DNA of 64,000 nt from the human T2T-CHM13v2.0 reference genome, Homo sapiens. How positions within the stretch are numbered: position 1 is the first letter of the stretch; each line of letters starts with the position of its first letter. The translations under genes were made by a program, and so were the position numbers. The stretch lies in the NCBI RefSeq assembly GCF_009914755.1, contig NC_060925.1; one strand, given 5' to 3'. Below, piece after piece: positions 43,180 through 56,114 of the stretch. A model generated the notes under the pieces. The model made no database searches. It was given only the letters and a program-made list of their open reading frames with translations, and was not told the origin of the DNA.

Positions 43180-43740
43180 GAAAATCATGTTAGACTTCCA
43201 GAATGCATCTTTTAAATTTCCCAATTTCTCCTTCTTATGTGTAAAAAAAATTCCTAAGTTAAGTGATTTCTCCAAGGACTTGCAGGTACTTGGTAAGACA
43301 ACTAGGACTCACGTTTTTCTATAGGATATTGATTTTTAAATTATATTCAAAATTCAATTAAGTTTAGTCAGTATTTATAAAGTAGCAATATTTACATTTA
43401 ACTCCTGATTAGATGTAAGACATAAGAAGCCTGTGTCCTGGTCATTACATTAAAGGTGTTTATAATCTCAGTTTTAAGAGAAGAATTATTGCCCACAAAC
43501 AATGAGGCTTGTAGAGTTCAAGAAACTTGCCTGTGTATCTTCAAAACCACCAGAAAACGTCAAAGTTGAAATTCACATCCAGCCCACTTTGGTCATAAAG
43601 CCCACACTCATTTCATTATTCTACAATGAGATGAAAATGGTCAGGATTCTGTCTTATTTGTCTCTATATTTGGAAGAACTAAGACAGCAGCTAGCACCCC
43701 ACTGGAGCTCAGTTAATATTTGAATGAATACACGCAATGA
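43180..43740. mobile_element. cluster of MIR and L2 fragments
   Basis: GTTAAGTGATTTCTCCAAGG, AATGAGGCTTGTAGAGTTCAAGAAACTTGCC and L2 tail GAGCTCAGTTAATATTTGAATGAAT. Confidence 0.55.
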
Positions 43741-44704
43741 ATCTCAGACAGGGCTTTGATCATGGGTAGAATGTGACTAGAGGAAGAAATGAAGCGACTA
43801 TTCCACACGTGGGATCTTGATTGCTAAGCAGGTAGGAGATCAGCAAGGCAGAAAAAAGGGAAAGGAGCACACACGTTTAACTCCAGATGAACTCCTCAGC
43901 TTTGTGTTTTTCTCCTGTGCTTGTGAGACTCTGGATTCTGCAATGCCTTTTTACCAGATCTGCCCATGGGCCCTGCTCCCTGCTGCACCAGCTTCTTGTG
44001 GACAAAGAAAGAGGATAGGGCAATGCGCTTGTCTCTGCCTCTTGGCATTTCAAAATCCTCCCTTGGCATAGGTGGTCAGACAGGGAGTAGGGCAGGGATG
44101 GCTGCAGAAGGGTTGGTGACAATAGGCAGAAACAGGTGGTAATGAGCACAGAGGGATTAAGGCAACTTTAACTAGACAGTTTGGCTCTCTTCTTCTAACT
44201 CATTAGAATTTCCTCTGTCTTTTCACAGAGCATGTGCCTGTGGCAAACAGCACCATCATTTTTTCAAGAACTGAAAGGAAGGGGATGCTACAGAGAGATG
44301 AAGCATGTTACCATATCAAAAAATCACCTAATACTGGGTAGAATGATTAGGTTTATGTGGGCAGCACACACACACATGCATACACATTCTTATGCTCAAA
44401 CAAGTCAATTGAGCCGTGGAAATAACACTGACACTGAATCTGGAAGGAATCAGGTGTCAAGTGTAAAAGAAATTGAATGTTCCTTGCATTTCCTTTCTAT
44501 TCGATTTATGTTTGGTTTCCCTGGGAAACTACAACTGGGAGGCAGAGGGAGTTGATGTTCTTCTCTTAGGTAATACCGTTCAGCTGAACTGACTGAAAAA
44601 GTTTATATTTGAAAATATATAAAGCAAAGTTGCTGCTGTTTTTGTAAGTGATATCAGCAACATCTACAGATTTTTTCTCCTGTAAAACTGCATATTTAGA
44701 GAAT

Positions 44705-44868
44705 TATATACAACAGTGACTAACGGGCATACAAATCGTCTGAAAATCTTGTGAAAATACGGACTGTGATACTCGAGGTCCAAGGTGGGGCCTGATATTC
44801 TGCATTTCTAACAAGTCCCCAGGTGATATGGAGGCTGCTGGTTTGCAGACTGTGCTTTGGATAAAAAG
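44705..44868. mobile_element. MER5A
   Basis: GGTGGGGCCTGATATTCTGCATTTCTAACAAGTCCCCAGGTGAT...GCTGCTGGT. Confidence 0.85.
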
Positions 44869-45943
44869 AAAACACGGCAGCCTCTCTATAGGCAAACATG
44901 TGTTGTGAGATCTACAGAGAGAGAGAGACACAGTAGAATCAGAGCTACCAGTTTCCAACATTCCTAAAAAGGTGATTGGATAGGAATCCATCAACTGCCT
45001 CAGGAGCAGATTTTCTTTACTGACTCAGAAAGAGCTCATTCCTTCACAAGGCCTGTGCAAACCATCCTGACAAAGGTAGTTCTGTGAGGGTTCCTCCATC
45101 CCCTTTTCTTCTTCCTCAGGTGACATGGACATATCTAATGGCAGTTTGTGCTTCATCACCCATCACTGAGAGGGCTGTGAGCCTGTCACTGCCCAGAGTG
45201 ACAAGCGATGGGTTCCTCCATTTGGCCCTGCTGTGAACAACCAGATTAAATTTATACACTCCTTCACCCTGTGAAGGGTGTCCTGACATCCGGGGAAAAT
45301 TGAGGGTAAAGAGGTCACTGCCACTTTATTTGAGCCCCAAAGGCTTTTCTCGATGCTGTTTGACATTATCCAAGATAATTTTTAAATCTATAACGGGAGT
45401 GAAGAGTTGTAATTGGTTTTAGGTACCCAGAGACTTCTGGGCAAGAAGGATCTAAGTTGTTGCCCCTGTAAATTACCAATAGTTGAAATACAGAGAATAG
45501 AAAATGAAGCTCTCCACATTGGGCAGTGAAACCAACTTCTGCCTTTGAGGGAGACTCAGAGTCTCAAATCCAGGGTCCCCTAGGAGCAAAACAATCTTTG
45601 CCTTCTGTGCAGACCAAGCCTACCAACACCACAAGGAGCCCATCCCCTCTCCTTTTAATTCTTTTCAGTGTTCCCCTCCCCTACTGAAGGAAATGCAAAT
45701 CCCCCTCTAAATCCGTCCTGTGTAGGACAAGGAGTTTCTCTTCTACAGCATGAAGAGTCTAGAGTCCAAGCTTTGCTAAATTCAGCAGGTTTCCAGTCTA
45801 TGCTGCACATAAAGCATTCAGTTCCTTCCCAGCCTAAAAAGTCTATTTTGTCTTCTTTGGGCTGCTGGTCACCCATAAGCTAGCCACAACCTCTTTTCAC
45901 AGCATTCTTTTTTTGTGCTTAAAATAAGACCCTTCAGAAGCTG

Positions 45944-45971
<28 letters not shown>
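45944..45971. repeat. (T)28 homopolymer
   Basis: Uninterrupted T run with no adjacent Alu/L1 body. Confidence 0.95.
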
Positions 45972-45974
<3 letters not shown>

Positions 45975-46162
45975 ATCAGGCACCAAGATATCCAAAACTT
46001 TTCAAAGGATTATTATTCTTTATGCTATATCCTGAAATTCCTGAAATCTCCAGAACGTCTTTCCTAAAGACTGCATTACACTAGTAATCTCTACTTTTCA
46101 AGATCTAGCATTTCCCTTAAAGTACTAATTCTTTTCCATTCCTAAGTATTTTTTCTCCTAGT

Positions 46163-46256
46163 CTTCTTCCTTCCTTCACTGTCTCTCTTTCTCTTTCTCT
46201 GTCTTTCCCACTCTCCCCTTACACACGCACACACACTCATGCACACACGCACATAT
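46163..46256. repeat. CT-rich and CA-rich low-complexity tract
   Basis: cttcttccttccttc...ctctttctctttctct...acacacgcacacacactcatgcacacacgcac. Confidence 0.7.
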
Positions 46257-48022
46257 ATTCTCTATCTCCCCATCCTTTCCTTTACTCTCTGCTGCAGAAG
46301 AGAAAGATACTATAAAGATGCCAAGGATGATCTGAACTTGCCGTCAGGAGAATAGACAGGTGCTATCTTGAACTCAAGAAGTATATGAGCCATATAATCA
46401 ATAAAATGCATTAAATGAATTGCTTTTAGTTTTCTTCCTCCTATGAGAAAGTCTTAATTTCTCAGCTGCATGCAGCATGGGTCCAGCTGCTAGTCTTACA
46501 GCACAGTATTAGGAATAGGCAGGAAAACAGAATTAGTTTTTATAAAGTGATAATCTCTCAAGACCTCCATCATCTGCCCCTCCCCCTCTTATTCTAGTCC
46601 CTCTAGGTCCGTTCTTGGCTCCCAAAAAATTAATTCCTAAAAGTGTCTATAGTCACCATTAATACACTCATGAGTATTCTTTTCTGGAATAAGAGAGTGT
46701 AGAGTTCATGTTAAGAGGTACTCCCACAGCACGCATGTGACTGAATTGCATGAAAGTGCACCTTTGTCATCCCACCGTGGTGTACAACCTCAGGTTTGAG
46801 CCACTTGCTCCAACCACATCCCATTCCATTCCCATCCTTCTAATTTCTGGCTTCATATGTGTCCTCAGAAATGATGCCCGGTTCCAAATTTCTTGATACA
46901 ACTTGGCTCTCCTCACCTTGACTATAATTTGCATTTTTCCTCCAGATACCATTCACAGATAACCGGCAAAATTGTTCAGCCTGGCTTTCAAGTTGCTGCC
47001 CTAATGCTTATTCTGTACCTTTAATGGGAACCAGACACAGACTGTTTACATAATTTGAGTACTGTTAAACACATGTTTTGATTTTTACAAATACAGGCAA
47101 CTTTTATACGCAGTACAATTGGTTTTATAAATGATTGCTTGCTTATTCATGGTTATGCATTCCCAATATCAGGTATCTTGTTAAATTTAGTTCTACAATC
47201 TGGACATTTTTACTGCTTCTTACCAAAGCTGGCCTTCCAAGAGCTGTTGTAGAGAAGGCCCAAGGGAGATGTCTTCAAGGACACTGCCATGAAAGATGAT
47301 ACAGATGAGAGAAAGAGAGGGAAACAAAGCAGAATCCCTCATGAGGAGCCAGTGCTTTTTAGCTGATGGCCTCATAGTCATATTTCCATTCAATTTTGAA
47401 TTTCCATAAAGATGCCATAAGTGATTTGGACTTGCCTTCAAGAGAACGGATACATAGTGTCTTGAACCCATAGAGTAAATGTGCTGTACAATCGATAAAA
47501 CACATTAAGCGAATTGCTTCTACTTTCCCCTCCCCATGAGAAAGTTTTAATTCTTTTTTCTGATGCTGTATAGTCCCAGCTGTTGGTGTTAAAGGAAGGG
47601 AATAAGCAGTGAAGAAAACGGAACTTGTAACTGAGCGATTATCACAAGACTAGACCTCAATTCAGCAAGTTGTAAAAATGAGGGATGTTTCTCCCTCTTT
47701 TGAGAGGAAAAGATGCCTTGATTGTGGATAGATAGATTATGGACCTCATGCTTACTGAGGGCACATCAGAAGTAATGATTAATGCAGTACTCTTCGGAAG
47801 TTAAGTGTCTTTTCTGTTGCAAAGGTAGCTCTGAGCTCCTCGGTTGCTCAGGTCAAGAGTTAGGGCATCCCAGAGTGGTGAGTAAGTGTTGAGAAGATTT
47901 CCCCAATAGAAAAGCACTTTGCTAAATAATCATTCAAGAACAGTAGGATCTTATAGAAGTCATGACTAAGTGGGTGGGGTAGAAATGAACTGCTGCGGAG
48001 CTGCTAAAAAATGACTGGGTTG

Positions 48023-48318
48023 GGCCGGGAGCGGTGGCTCACGCCTGTAATCCCAGCATTTTGTCAAGCTGGGGCAGGCAGATCACAAGGTCAGGAGTTC
48101 AAGGCCAGCCTGGCCAACATGGTGAAACCCCATCTCTACAAAAAATACAAAAATTAGCTGGACATGGTGGCGCGTGCCTGTAATCCCAGCTACTTGGGAG
48201 GCTGAGACAGAAGAATTGCTTGAACCAGGACCAGGAGGCAGAAGTTGCAGTGAGCCAAGATCCTACCACTGCACTCTAGCCTAGGCTACAGAGTGAGACT
48301 CCATCTCAAATAAAAAAC
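48023..48318 (+). mobile_element. AluSg-like
   Basis: Full Alu; near-TSD AAAAATGACT(GG/A)GTTG. Confidence 0.95.
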
Positions 48319-48409
48319 AAAAATGACTAGTTGATCAGTTGAAAGGAGACATTGCAAATGTTGGTTGGCCAAAAATAATGTTAAATATCATAATTGTGAT
48401 ATTAAAGAC

Positions 48410-48630
48410 CATCATGTGTTAAACACTGCACCAATTAACATGCATCATTTCACTTAATCTTAAATGAAAATTAAATGAGGTTGGTACTTTTATTTACGAG
48501 CCCCATTTTACAGATAAGGAAACAGATCCAGAGAAAGCAGATTTCTATCTGCCATGTGGCTGACTCAGTAGCAAATAAAGATTCAAAGCAAGGCAGTTGT
48601 CCTCCAGAATGTGTGCTCTTAAACCATACA
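48410..48630 (-). mobile_element. MIR
   Basis: CCCCATTTTACAGATAAGGAAACAGA...TGCTCTTAACCA. Confidence 0.8.
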
Positions 48631-49144
48631 TAATATGGGGACAAATAGGAAAGAGTACCTTCTTTTGTTTTCCTTCTTGAATTTTAATCTTTCTTAGCAG
48701 ATGGTTTCAAGCTGGCCTAGTACATTCACAAATATCACACAGCATAGAAAGCCATTCTCTTTTATGAGATTTCTCAAATGAGCACACATCCTGATGACAC
48801 AGAAACCACAGAGAATACAGTCAGGATAGACTGATAGATATCAGAGGAGGGTCAGAAGCTGAAGGCACACCCCATCCCCACCTCACACAGGAGAATCAAG
48901 AGAGTTCTAAGCAAAGAGACCCTTTGGGCTCCCTTTGACATTGATGGAAAGATGCCAATTAGTCTGGGACCGACGTTTTCTTCTAGACAGAAGTCTCTGA
49001 AAATGCCATTAATGCAGGCAGGCAGGGGGTAGACAGCGGGGGGAGGGAGTTGATTGCTGGAATTCCATAATTAATTGTGTGGCATTTGGAGTAGTGTGAC
49101 ACAAGGTCTCCATTCAGCCCTCACTCTCTAGAGAGAGATGTCAT

Positions 49145-49345
49145 TGTTAGAATTCATAGAATGCAAGAAGAGTTGAAGAACTATAAAGATCATCTGGTTC
49201 AGACAACCCAATTAACAGGTGAGGAAATGGAGACCCCAAGAGGGGACATGACAAGCCCAGGGCCACAGAGCTAGTTAGTGTCAAGAGCTGGGCACGACCT
49301 TAGATTGCCTGACTTCTATTCCAGTGCCCTTTCCACTCTACATCT
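49145..49345 (-). mobile_element. MIR (MIR3/MIRc-like)
   Basis: AGATCATCTGGTTC...ACAGGTGAGGAAATGGAGACCC...GGCCACAGAGCTAGTTAGTG. Confidence 0.8.
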
Positions 49346-49579
49346 TTGTTTCCACTGCACGTGAGAGAACTCCTCAGAAGCCTAGTCACCAAATGGCAGT
49401 GCAGAGTTTCATTATAGCAGAGGAGAGCAGAAAGGTCAAAAGAATACAAACAACCTCCCACTCCCACTCAATTATTTTAATGATGAAAAATTCCTAAACA
49501 ATAGGGGGTGGGGAATTCGTCTGCTAAGAACAGGCATTAATTGGATTGTTAACTCTGGTGTTTCATAGACATGGAGACT

Positions 49580-49780
49580 CCTAACATTGTAAGACTATTG
49601 TTGGAGTTGGAAGTAGTATTTGGACATCATTGAATTCAAGCTTCTCAGGCATAGATGATGAACCCGAGCCCCAGAGAAGGAGCAACTTATCCAAATAACT
49701 CAGTTAATTAATGGCAAATCTGGGCAGAGGATTTCAGGCCTCAGGTTTCCAACTCAAGTATCCTCTTACCTACATCACAG
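49580..49780 (-). mobile_element. MIR
   Basis: ATAGATGATGAACCCGAGCCCCAGAGAAGG..AACTTATCCAA. Confidence 0.7.
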
Positions 49781-50059
49781 TTTCCTTTTAAGAGCTGGGC
49801 ATGCTGAGGGCGAAGAGGTCAATGAGAGATCATCGAGCCCAGTCCCACATCTTTTCTTTAAAGAATGACTTGAAGTAGTCCTTTCTCCAACAAATAGCTT
49901 TAGAAGGGTAAAGTGCAAGGTGAAATTTCCAAACTTGAACTTCTATGAAGGAAGACTTCCCAGTTGTTGCTTAAGAGTTAGGGCAGAATGGGCTTTATAT
50001 GAAATCTCTTTCGCAGGATTACTTTTCAGATGGCAAACTGGAAATATTTCAAAGAGAAA

Positions 50060-50330
50060 CAGAGATGCAGTCAATCTTGTAAAGCACCTATGAGCCAGGC
50101 ATTGTGTTAGGACTACGTTATAAAGAGGCCTAAAACAACATCTCTGAAGAAGCACACAGTCCATTTAGCCAAAGAAAGGCAGACCTTTGAGGAGGGCTTA
50201 ATGTGCTTGACAGAGAAAGTGATGTTTGAGCAGGAGGAATTTGTTTAACAGATATGGGAAAAGGGGCATTCCAGGCAGGAGCAACATGTCTAAGCACTGA
50301 GAGAGCCCTAAATTCATGTCATGTTCAAAA
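50060..50330 (-). mobile_element. L2 fragment
   Basis: AGCACCTATGAGCCAGGCATTGTGTTAGG; AAGGGGCATTCCAGGCAG. Confidence 0.6.
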
Positions 50331-52179
50331 CTGTCTTCAATAAATCCACCTAGGAGGTAAAAAGGCACAAATCACCACCCATTACTTGAACTGAGAAACA
50401 GTATTTCACCCGATCCTATGAAGCTGGTATCTGTGATTGGCTTTGGTGAGCCAAGTCCATGACTTGTTTGCCCGGCAGTTTGATTTCCTTTCTCCAGAGA
50501 CCCCCCTCAATTGCTCTGCACACCAGGTTGCTGCTAGTATCAGAGGAAGTCGTGGTTTAGTCTTGTAAATCCTATCAGAGCCATGGGAGAAATCCTATTC
50601 TAAAAAAGCCAATTCTTAAATGCCAGGATGATGTTTTAGCATCAACCTGTTCTGCTTGTACAAGATATAGGTTCCTTCCATTCATGTCCAATGTAATGTG
50701 ACTCTGGGGAGCTGCTGTTTGAAGAAAGTAAATGTAAGTTTTGAGTTCAAACTTATTTTCCAAATCACCCAATCCTTGTGCTCTTAGCCCAGCAATCTGA
50801 TGGCACTGTGATTTCTCTGGGCACTTTGGCCTGCTCTGAGCATGTTCAAAATCAAGAATATGGGTTGCTGCTGGGGTGTTTCCTTTCATTTCTCCTAATT
50901 TTATTTTCTACACTTAAGCAACCACCAACATGAAAGGGACTTCAAGGGATTTATTTTTCCCCAGAAAGAATTATGAAAAAAAAGGAGAAGAAATCTAATG
51001 AGGAATGCATTTCCACTTGCAACTTGCCAACTTTCCATAGTGAATGAATATGTTGCAAGGGATATAACTCAAGAAAAGTCTGCTGAGGTCAGGAAAGACA
51101 ACTTACCCAAAAGGCCAATGGCCATAGCCATGTTTAGGCTTTCTCCCTCCTCCTTCATCTCATCCTCAGTTCCCATTTGTGGGTGACTTACTAGGATTTG
51201 CAAAAAGGGTAACTACTTGTGGCTCTGTAATGATTTCTTACTGTAGGATGATTCCCATTGATTGTATTGAAGAGAGAAAAGGAAGAGGTAGAGTATGACA
51301 CCCAAATTGGGAGGCCTAAAAAGAAAATGGGAATCGGAGAGTCAATATGTGTTCTAGCCCCTAATTTTGGTTCCAGTCTGAGCCTTAGGGCAAGTTCTTA
51401 TTTTTTTATCTATTTACCCAGACCAAAATGAGTTTTTACATTACCCTTTATGTCCCTGGGGTGTTTCTTAGGCTAAAGAAAGATCTAAGAGACAGCTGCA
51501 GAAACACCAATTGTATCTTCACTTTTTGCATGAAATGGACAGCCTGGAGGAATATGGCATAGCTCAAACCCTGACACACCCCATGCCAACTCTGGAAAAG
51601 GCAAGCAAAAATATACACAGGGTCAATTTCATGGGTCATGCTTTCTCGTCTAAGGGGTAAAATATTTAATAGAAGAATGGCATGCTGCTGATGATGAAAG
51701 ATACAGTGATTTTTTTCATAAAGAGCATGTCTCCTGGAAGTAAAAATGGACTCGGACCAGGAAATCTTAGGACCATTTGGTAAAGAGTCTCCACCAGGCA
51801 TCTGGAAGATGGCTGGCTATATTATGCTTCTTAGCGTCAATGGGAAACAGGGACAAAGTCCAATTAGTATGTAGCTGGTTGTGTGGATGACAAAAAGTGG
51901 GGAGGTTTGTTCAGCATCTGACTTCTATAAAAAACAAATAAATGAGAAGAGAGCCCTACTTCAACACCTGGAAACATTTTCTAGAGCTTATTGATTGCTC
52001 CTCATGGAAAAGAGTTTGTTTAATAAAGACCATTGGAAGAAGAGTAAAATGCATGAAGAGAAGGATATGTACAATACTTACAAGTATTATCCCTTAGCAA
52101 ATACTGGATGTTCCAGTACCTAACTCCTGTTTTTTCCATGAAATATGTTTACCCAACAGAATTGAAACAGAAGCCACAA

Positions 52180-52591
52180 TTTGCAGAACTATCCTATAAT
52201 TCATAAAACAGATCAACTGCCCCAAATCATAAATATGGAAGAAAACTATATAAACTCAAACTCTGTTTTTTAACATCAGCCTATTGTGACCCAGACATTG
52301 TATATGACTACAGAAAAGCTGACCTTACAGTAACTCTGCATATACTCAGATGTTCTAAAGATTAGACCACTCAGCAAGCAACTCCATCTTTTATGAGTTC
52401 TAACTAATCCCTGCCAAGACCATGATATGATTAACTCTAGTCCCTTGAAAATCTGTAGGAATGTTTCCCTAACTTCTTCCTTTTGAGATTCTCCACAGTT
52501 TACCAACAGTGTGTGTTCTACCTTTCTACAGTCAAATTGAACTTTGACTGCAGGAGTGTTCCTGGTGCTCATTGGCTGGTGGACTTTAACA
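52180..52591 (+). mobile_element. ERV1 solo LTR (MER90/MER110-like)
   Basis: TTTTGAGATTCTCCACAG...AACTTTGACTGCAGGAGTGTTCCTGGTG...TTGGCTGGTGGACTTTAACA 3' end. Confidence 0.6.
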
Positions 52592-53380
52592 CAGATGGCT
52601 CTAGTAACTGACTTAGGGGCTGTTCTTGGAGACAGATGAATGGCCTCAATCAATTCTCTTCCTTTTCTCTCATTATCTCAGTCTGCCTTTGCATCTGGTC
52701 TTTGTCATATCAAGAGAAGTTCCCGTGCCCAGTTTTATTTGGCTCAGCCAAGTTCCTCTGTCAATTATTCCTTAGCTAAATTCAAGAAGACTTTACCATC
52801 TGACTAATTTTCTAGTCTGAGGACACATTACCTATCTCATTTTTAATTCCATCTTTTCTTTTTATATTTGGAAGATGGGTTGATATTTGCAAAAGAAAAG
52901 AAAAAAACACAAAAGGTCTCTTTGAAACCTCTGAGTTCTGACAGACAGGAGCTTAGCCTCTGAAATGGCCCCATGGTTTACTCAGTTCAAGAGTGCATTC
53001 AGAAGGACAGGCCAGGCCAGGCCACATGGGCCTGACTCTTCAGGATTCTTGGATGTGGCTTTTCTTGACCGACATCTGAAAACTCTGATTTACAGCCCTG
53101 ATCCCCCAGCTCACTACCAGTAATGTCAGCTGAAACACTCCATTTATTCAACTATTACATACAAAGCCTCAGATGAGGTTGTTCTTTGAAAAGTAACTTT
53201 CATTGTTTTATGTTCATAATATGTGCTACTGAATATTTAGAATAAACAGATATTAGTATCTATATCTTGCATGAAAAGAACAATAAAAATAACTGCATTT
53301 ATGTAAATAAAAGAATAAAATCTTATCATCAAACTATAACCAATAGCTTTCTTTTGACATATTAACTTTCCAGACTTTTT

Positions 53381-53411
53381 AAATATGTGTCTAGTATCTA
53401 GACACATATTT
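53381..53411. repeat. perfect inverted repeat, 14-bp arms, 3-nt spacer
   Basis: AAATATGTGTCTAG-TAT-CTAGACACATATTT. Confidence 0.95.
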
Positions 53412-53519
53412 TTAAAATAAAATTATGCTTACCTACAAGAAACATTGACTCCAAGCTGTATATGGTAAAGACAACATGGCTTTAACAGATTTCTGACTCT
53501 CCATTTACCTATAGTCTTA

Positions 53520-53760
53520 TCATTATTAATAAAAATAATGCTATATTTTACACATCATTTTAGCATTTAAAATAACCTTCACATATGTTATCAAATCTGA
53601 TTTTCACACTACCTGTAAGAGACAGATAAGCTGTTAGGTATTGTTATCATTTGTACTGTGAAAAAACAGCTGCCAAACAAGATAGGGACTGAATGGAGTG
53701 TTGTTTGATGTAAAAGGTGAATGTCACATGGCAATACAAAGTCAGCTCTTAGAGAAATAG
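53520..53760 (-). mobile_element. MIR fragment
   Basis: CTTCACATATGTTATCAAATCTGATTTTCACACTACCTGTAAG. Confidence 0.55.
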
Positions 53761-54509
53761 GCCAAGAGCTTAAGAGGCCACACAAAGGGACATTTGCATT
53801 GCCCAAACTTTACTGTCCAAAATTCACAGGTTCAGAGGCCTTACCTTCTCAGTATTTAACTCTGGAATGATCTGACTCAGGGATACTGGCTTATACAAAG
53901 GTCACTTAGACCAATATCTAGAATCCCAATTGTAATGTCTTATCATAAGAAATAAGATACATGTGGGCTACACATTCACCTTGGCTGATCAACACTGCCT
54001 TTCCCTGTAAGCTAGACATATTAGAAGGCTTTTCTTTTTTAGTTAGCTTGGAGAACACTGAATGAGAAGGATGATTGTCAGTTACGTATTCCAGGGTTTA
54101 ATGCGTGCCTGTCGTGACCTGCCACAACCCATGGACATCCCTCCACCCTACTTCAGCTCCTATCCACGCACAGAGGACTGCTCTCACTCTTGCTTCCCCT
54201 GCCTTACTTATTTTGTGCTCTAGATTGATCTACCTTCTCTTCCTACCTCCTTTCATCAAACGGGCCAAACTGGAATTTATTCTATATGTTTACCAAATTA
54301 CTATCATGTCCATGCCTGCATCCTTAACGTTGCAGCAGATTATGCTGGGTTTGGTTCAAAGTATTCTCAAATTCTTTAGTCACACATTTACACACAGTCT
54401 TTTAGTTTATTTCTACAAATAGTTCATCTTCTACCTAGAGTGTGGATTTTGGTAGTTTAGACCAACAGTGTATGTATACTCTATGTTAGCCCCCCGGCTT
54501 TTCTTGGGA

Positions 54510-54888
54510 TCAATATGCTCCTACCTCAAGACCTAGCATTTGCTGTTCCCTCTGCCTGGAGACATTTTCCCCACCTCTCTCAGATCTTCATGCAAACATC
54601 ACCTTCTCATGAGTCCTCCCCTGATGCCTCGTAATATTGCCATACCTCCCCCATCATAAAAGTGATATCCTCCTTCCTTGATTTTTCTCCTTAGCACTAA
54701 TCATTAATTTTTATATACCATGAATGCTATTTATTTATTAATCTTGTGTTGTCAGTCAAAATCCACTAGCATATTTGCGCTGTGAAGGCAGGGATTTTTG
54801 TCTGATTTGTTCACTGCTACATTTCCAGCTTCTAGAAGAATGTCTAGCATATAATAAATGATGAGTATATATTTATGAAAATCAATGG
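54510..54888 (+). mobile_element. L2a 3' end
   Basis: TTGCTGTTCCCTCTGCCTGGA...TGAAGGCAGGGATTTTTGTCTG.TTTGTTCACTGCT. Confidence 0.85.
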
Positions 54889-54889
54889 A

Positions 54890-55090
54890 TTATTCTCAAC
54901 TCTGACTGACATTAAAATCATCTGGGAAACTTTGGAGATATGTTGACCCCATCTCCCAGAGATACCAACTTAACTCGTCTGAAGTGGGACTCAGGCATTG
55001 GAAGAAAAAAAAAAAAACAAAAACAAAAAAACAAAACAAAAAAAAACCTTGCTAGATGAATCTAATGTGTAGCAGGGTTGGAAATCATTC
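54890..55090. mobile_element. MER5B-like with internal A-rich expansion
   Basis: TTCTCAACTCTGACTG.CATTAAAATCATCTGGGAA...TCTAATGTGTAGCAGGGTTG. Confidence 0.7.
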
Positions 55091-56089
55091 ATTCAAACTC
55101 TCGGAATACTTTAATTTCCCTTCAGTTTTTGAAGGAAGCACACACCATTACCCTCATGTACCCATAACCTTGAACCCTACCCTGAATTTTCTGACTTCTC
55201 TTCATGCCTGACTAGACAAAGAACATAGAACAACATTTGGAAAATGTATGCATTTTATTTCAAGAGTAACTCACTCCTATGATATAATAAAATGAAATAA
55301 AACCACAGAAAAATGAAAATTTTCCAGAAATTTCTGATCTGATAAGAATGACTAACACTTATGCATAGGGAATTTCAAAGACAGGAAGTAAAATTCCCTA
55401 GGGCTGAAAATGTTTCATATTACTAAGGCTCTCCATGGACATATTCAGGCTCATAAAAAAAAATAATAAAGTTGCACTTGTAGGCTGGGTAAACAAATGG
55501 AATTTTAGAACCTCTTGTTTCTGAGATGTAGGCCTCCTACTGGTCCCCTCCAGAGTACCCTTCTAGCTGTCCTAATTGATGTAAAACTCATTAAGCCATA
55601 ATTGCTGTGTAGCCTGGTGCTTGAGAAGGTGCTTGAATTCGCACCAAGAAGTAATTTTGATGCTCACCAGTGCTCCCTTCTGGATGGAGAAAATCATTTC
55701 TTGGCCACTCCATGCTGAGCAAAGTCCATGAGCTAAAATTAGGATTAGAGTTGCCAACACATGGCATCATTCTTTCATTCATCAGTTATTTGCTCTCAGA
55801 GATCTGACAATGTCATCAGAGCAATTTTGTTCTTGGCTCATTTCAGAGGCAAAAGGGGGCACAGGGGACCCTACCAAGGTAGTAATTTTCTAGGTAATCA
55901 TCCTAATGTCTTCATCCTGAATGCATTTGTATGAGTAAGTTAATTAGGGAAGTTAATTTTCACAAATGGCACCAAAATGCCTATTTGTTGGTGATGCTGC
56001 CTTGTGCCAACGCCTGGCTCAAGGTATCCAGAAAAGATAAGTTGATGTTCTGCATCCATTACTGAAGCCCAGCTTGGACCAGGAAGAAC

Positions 56090-56114
56090 CACATCTGCCA
56101 GCTTGGCAGATGTG
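56090..56114. repeat. perfect inverted repeat, 11-bp arms, containing two E-boxes
   Basis: CACATCTGCCA-GCT-TGGCAGATGTG. Confidence 0.9.

Noticed and set aside
49021-49050. G-quadruplex candidate
   Set aside because: Only three usable G3+ runs
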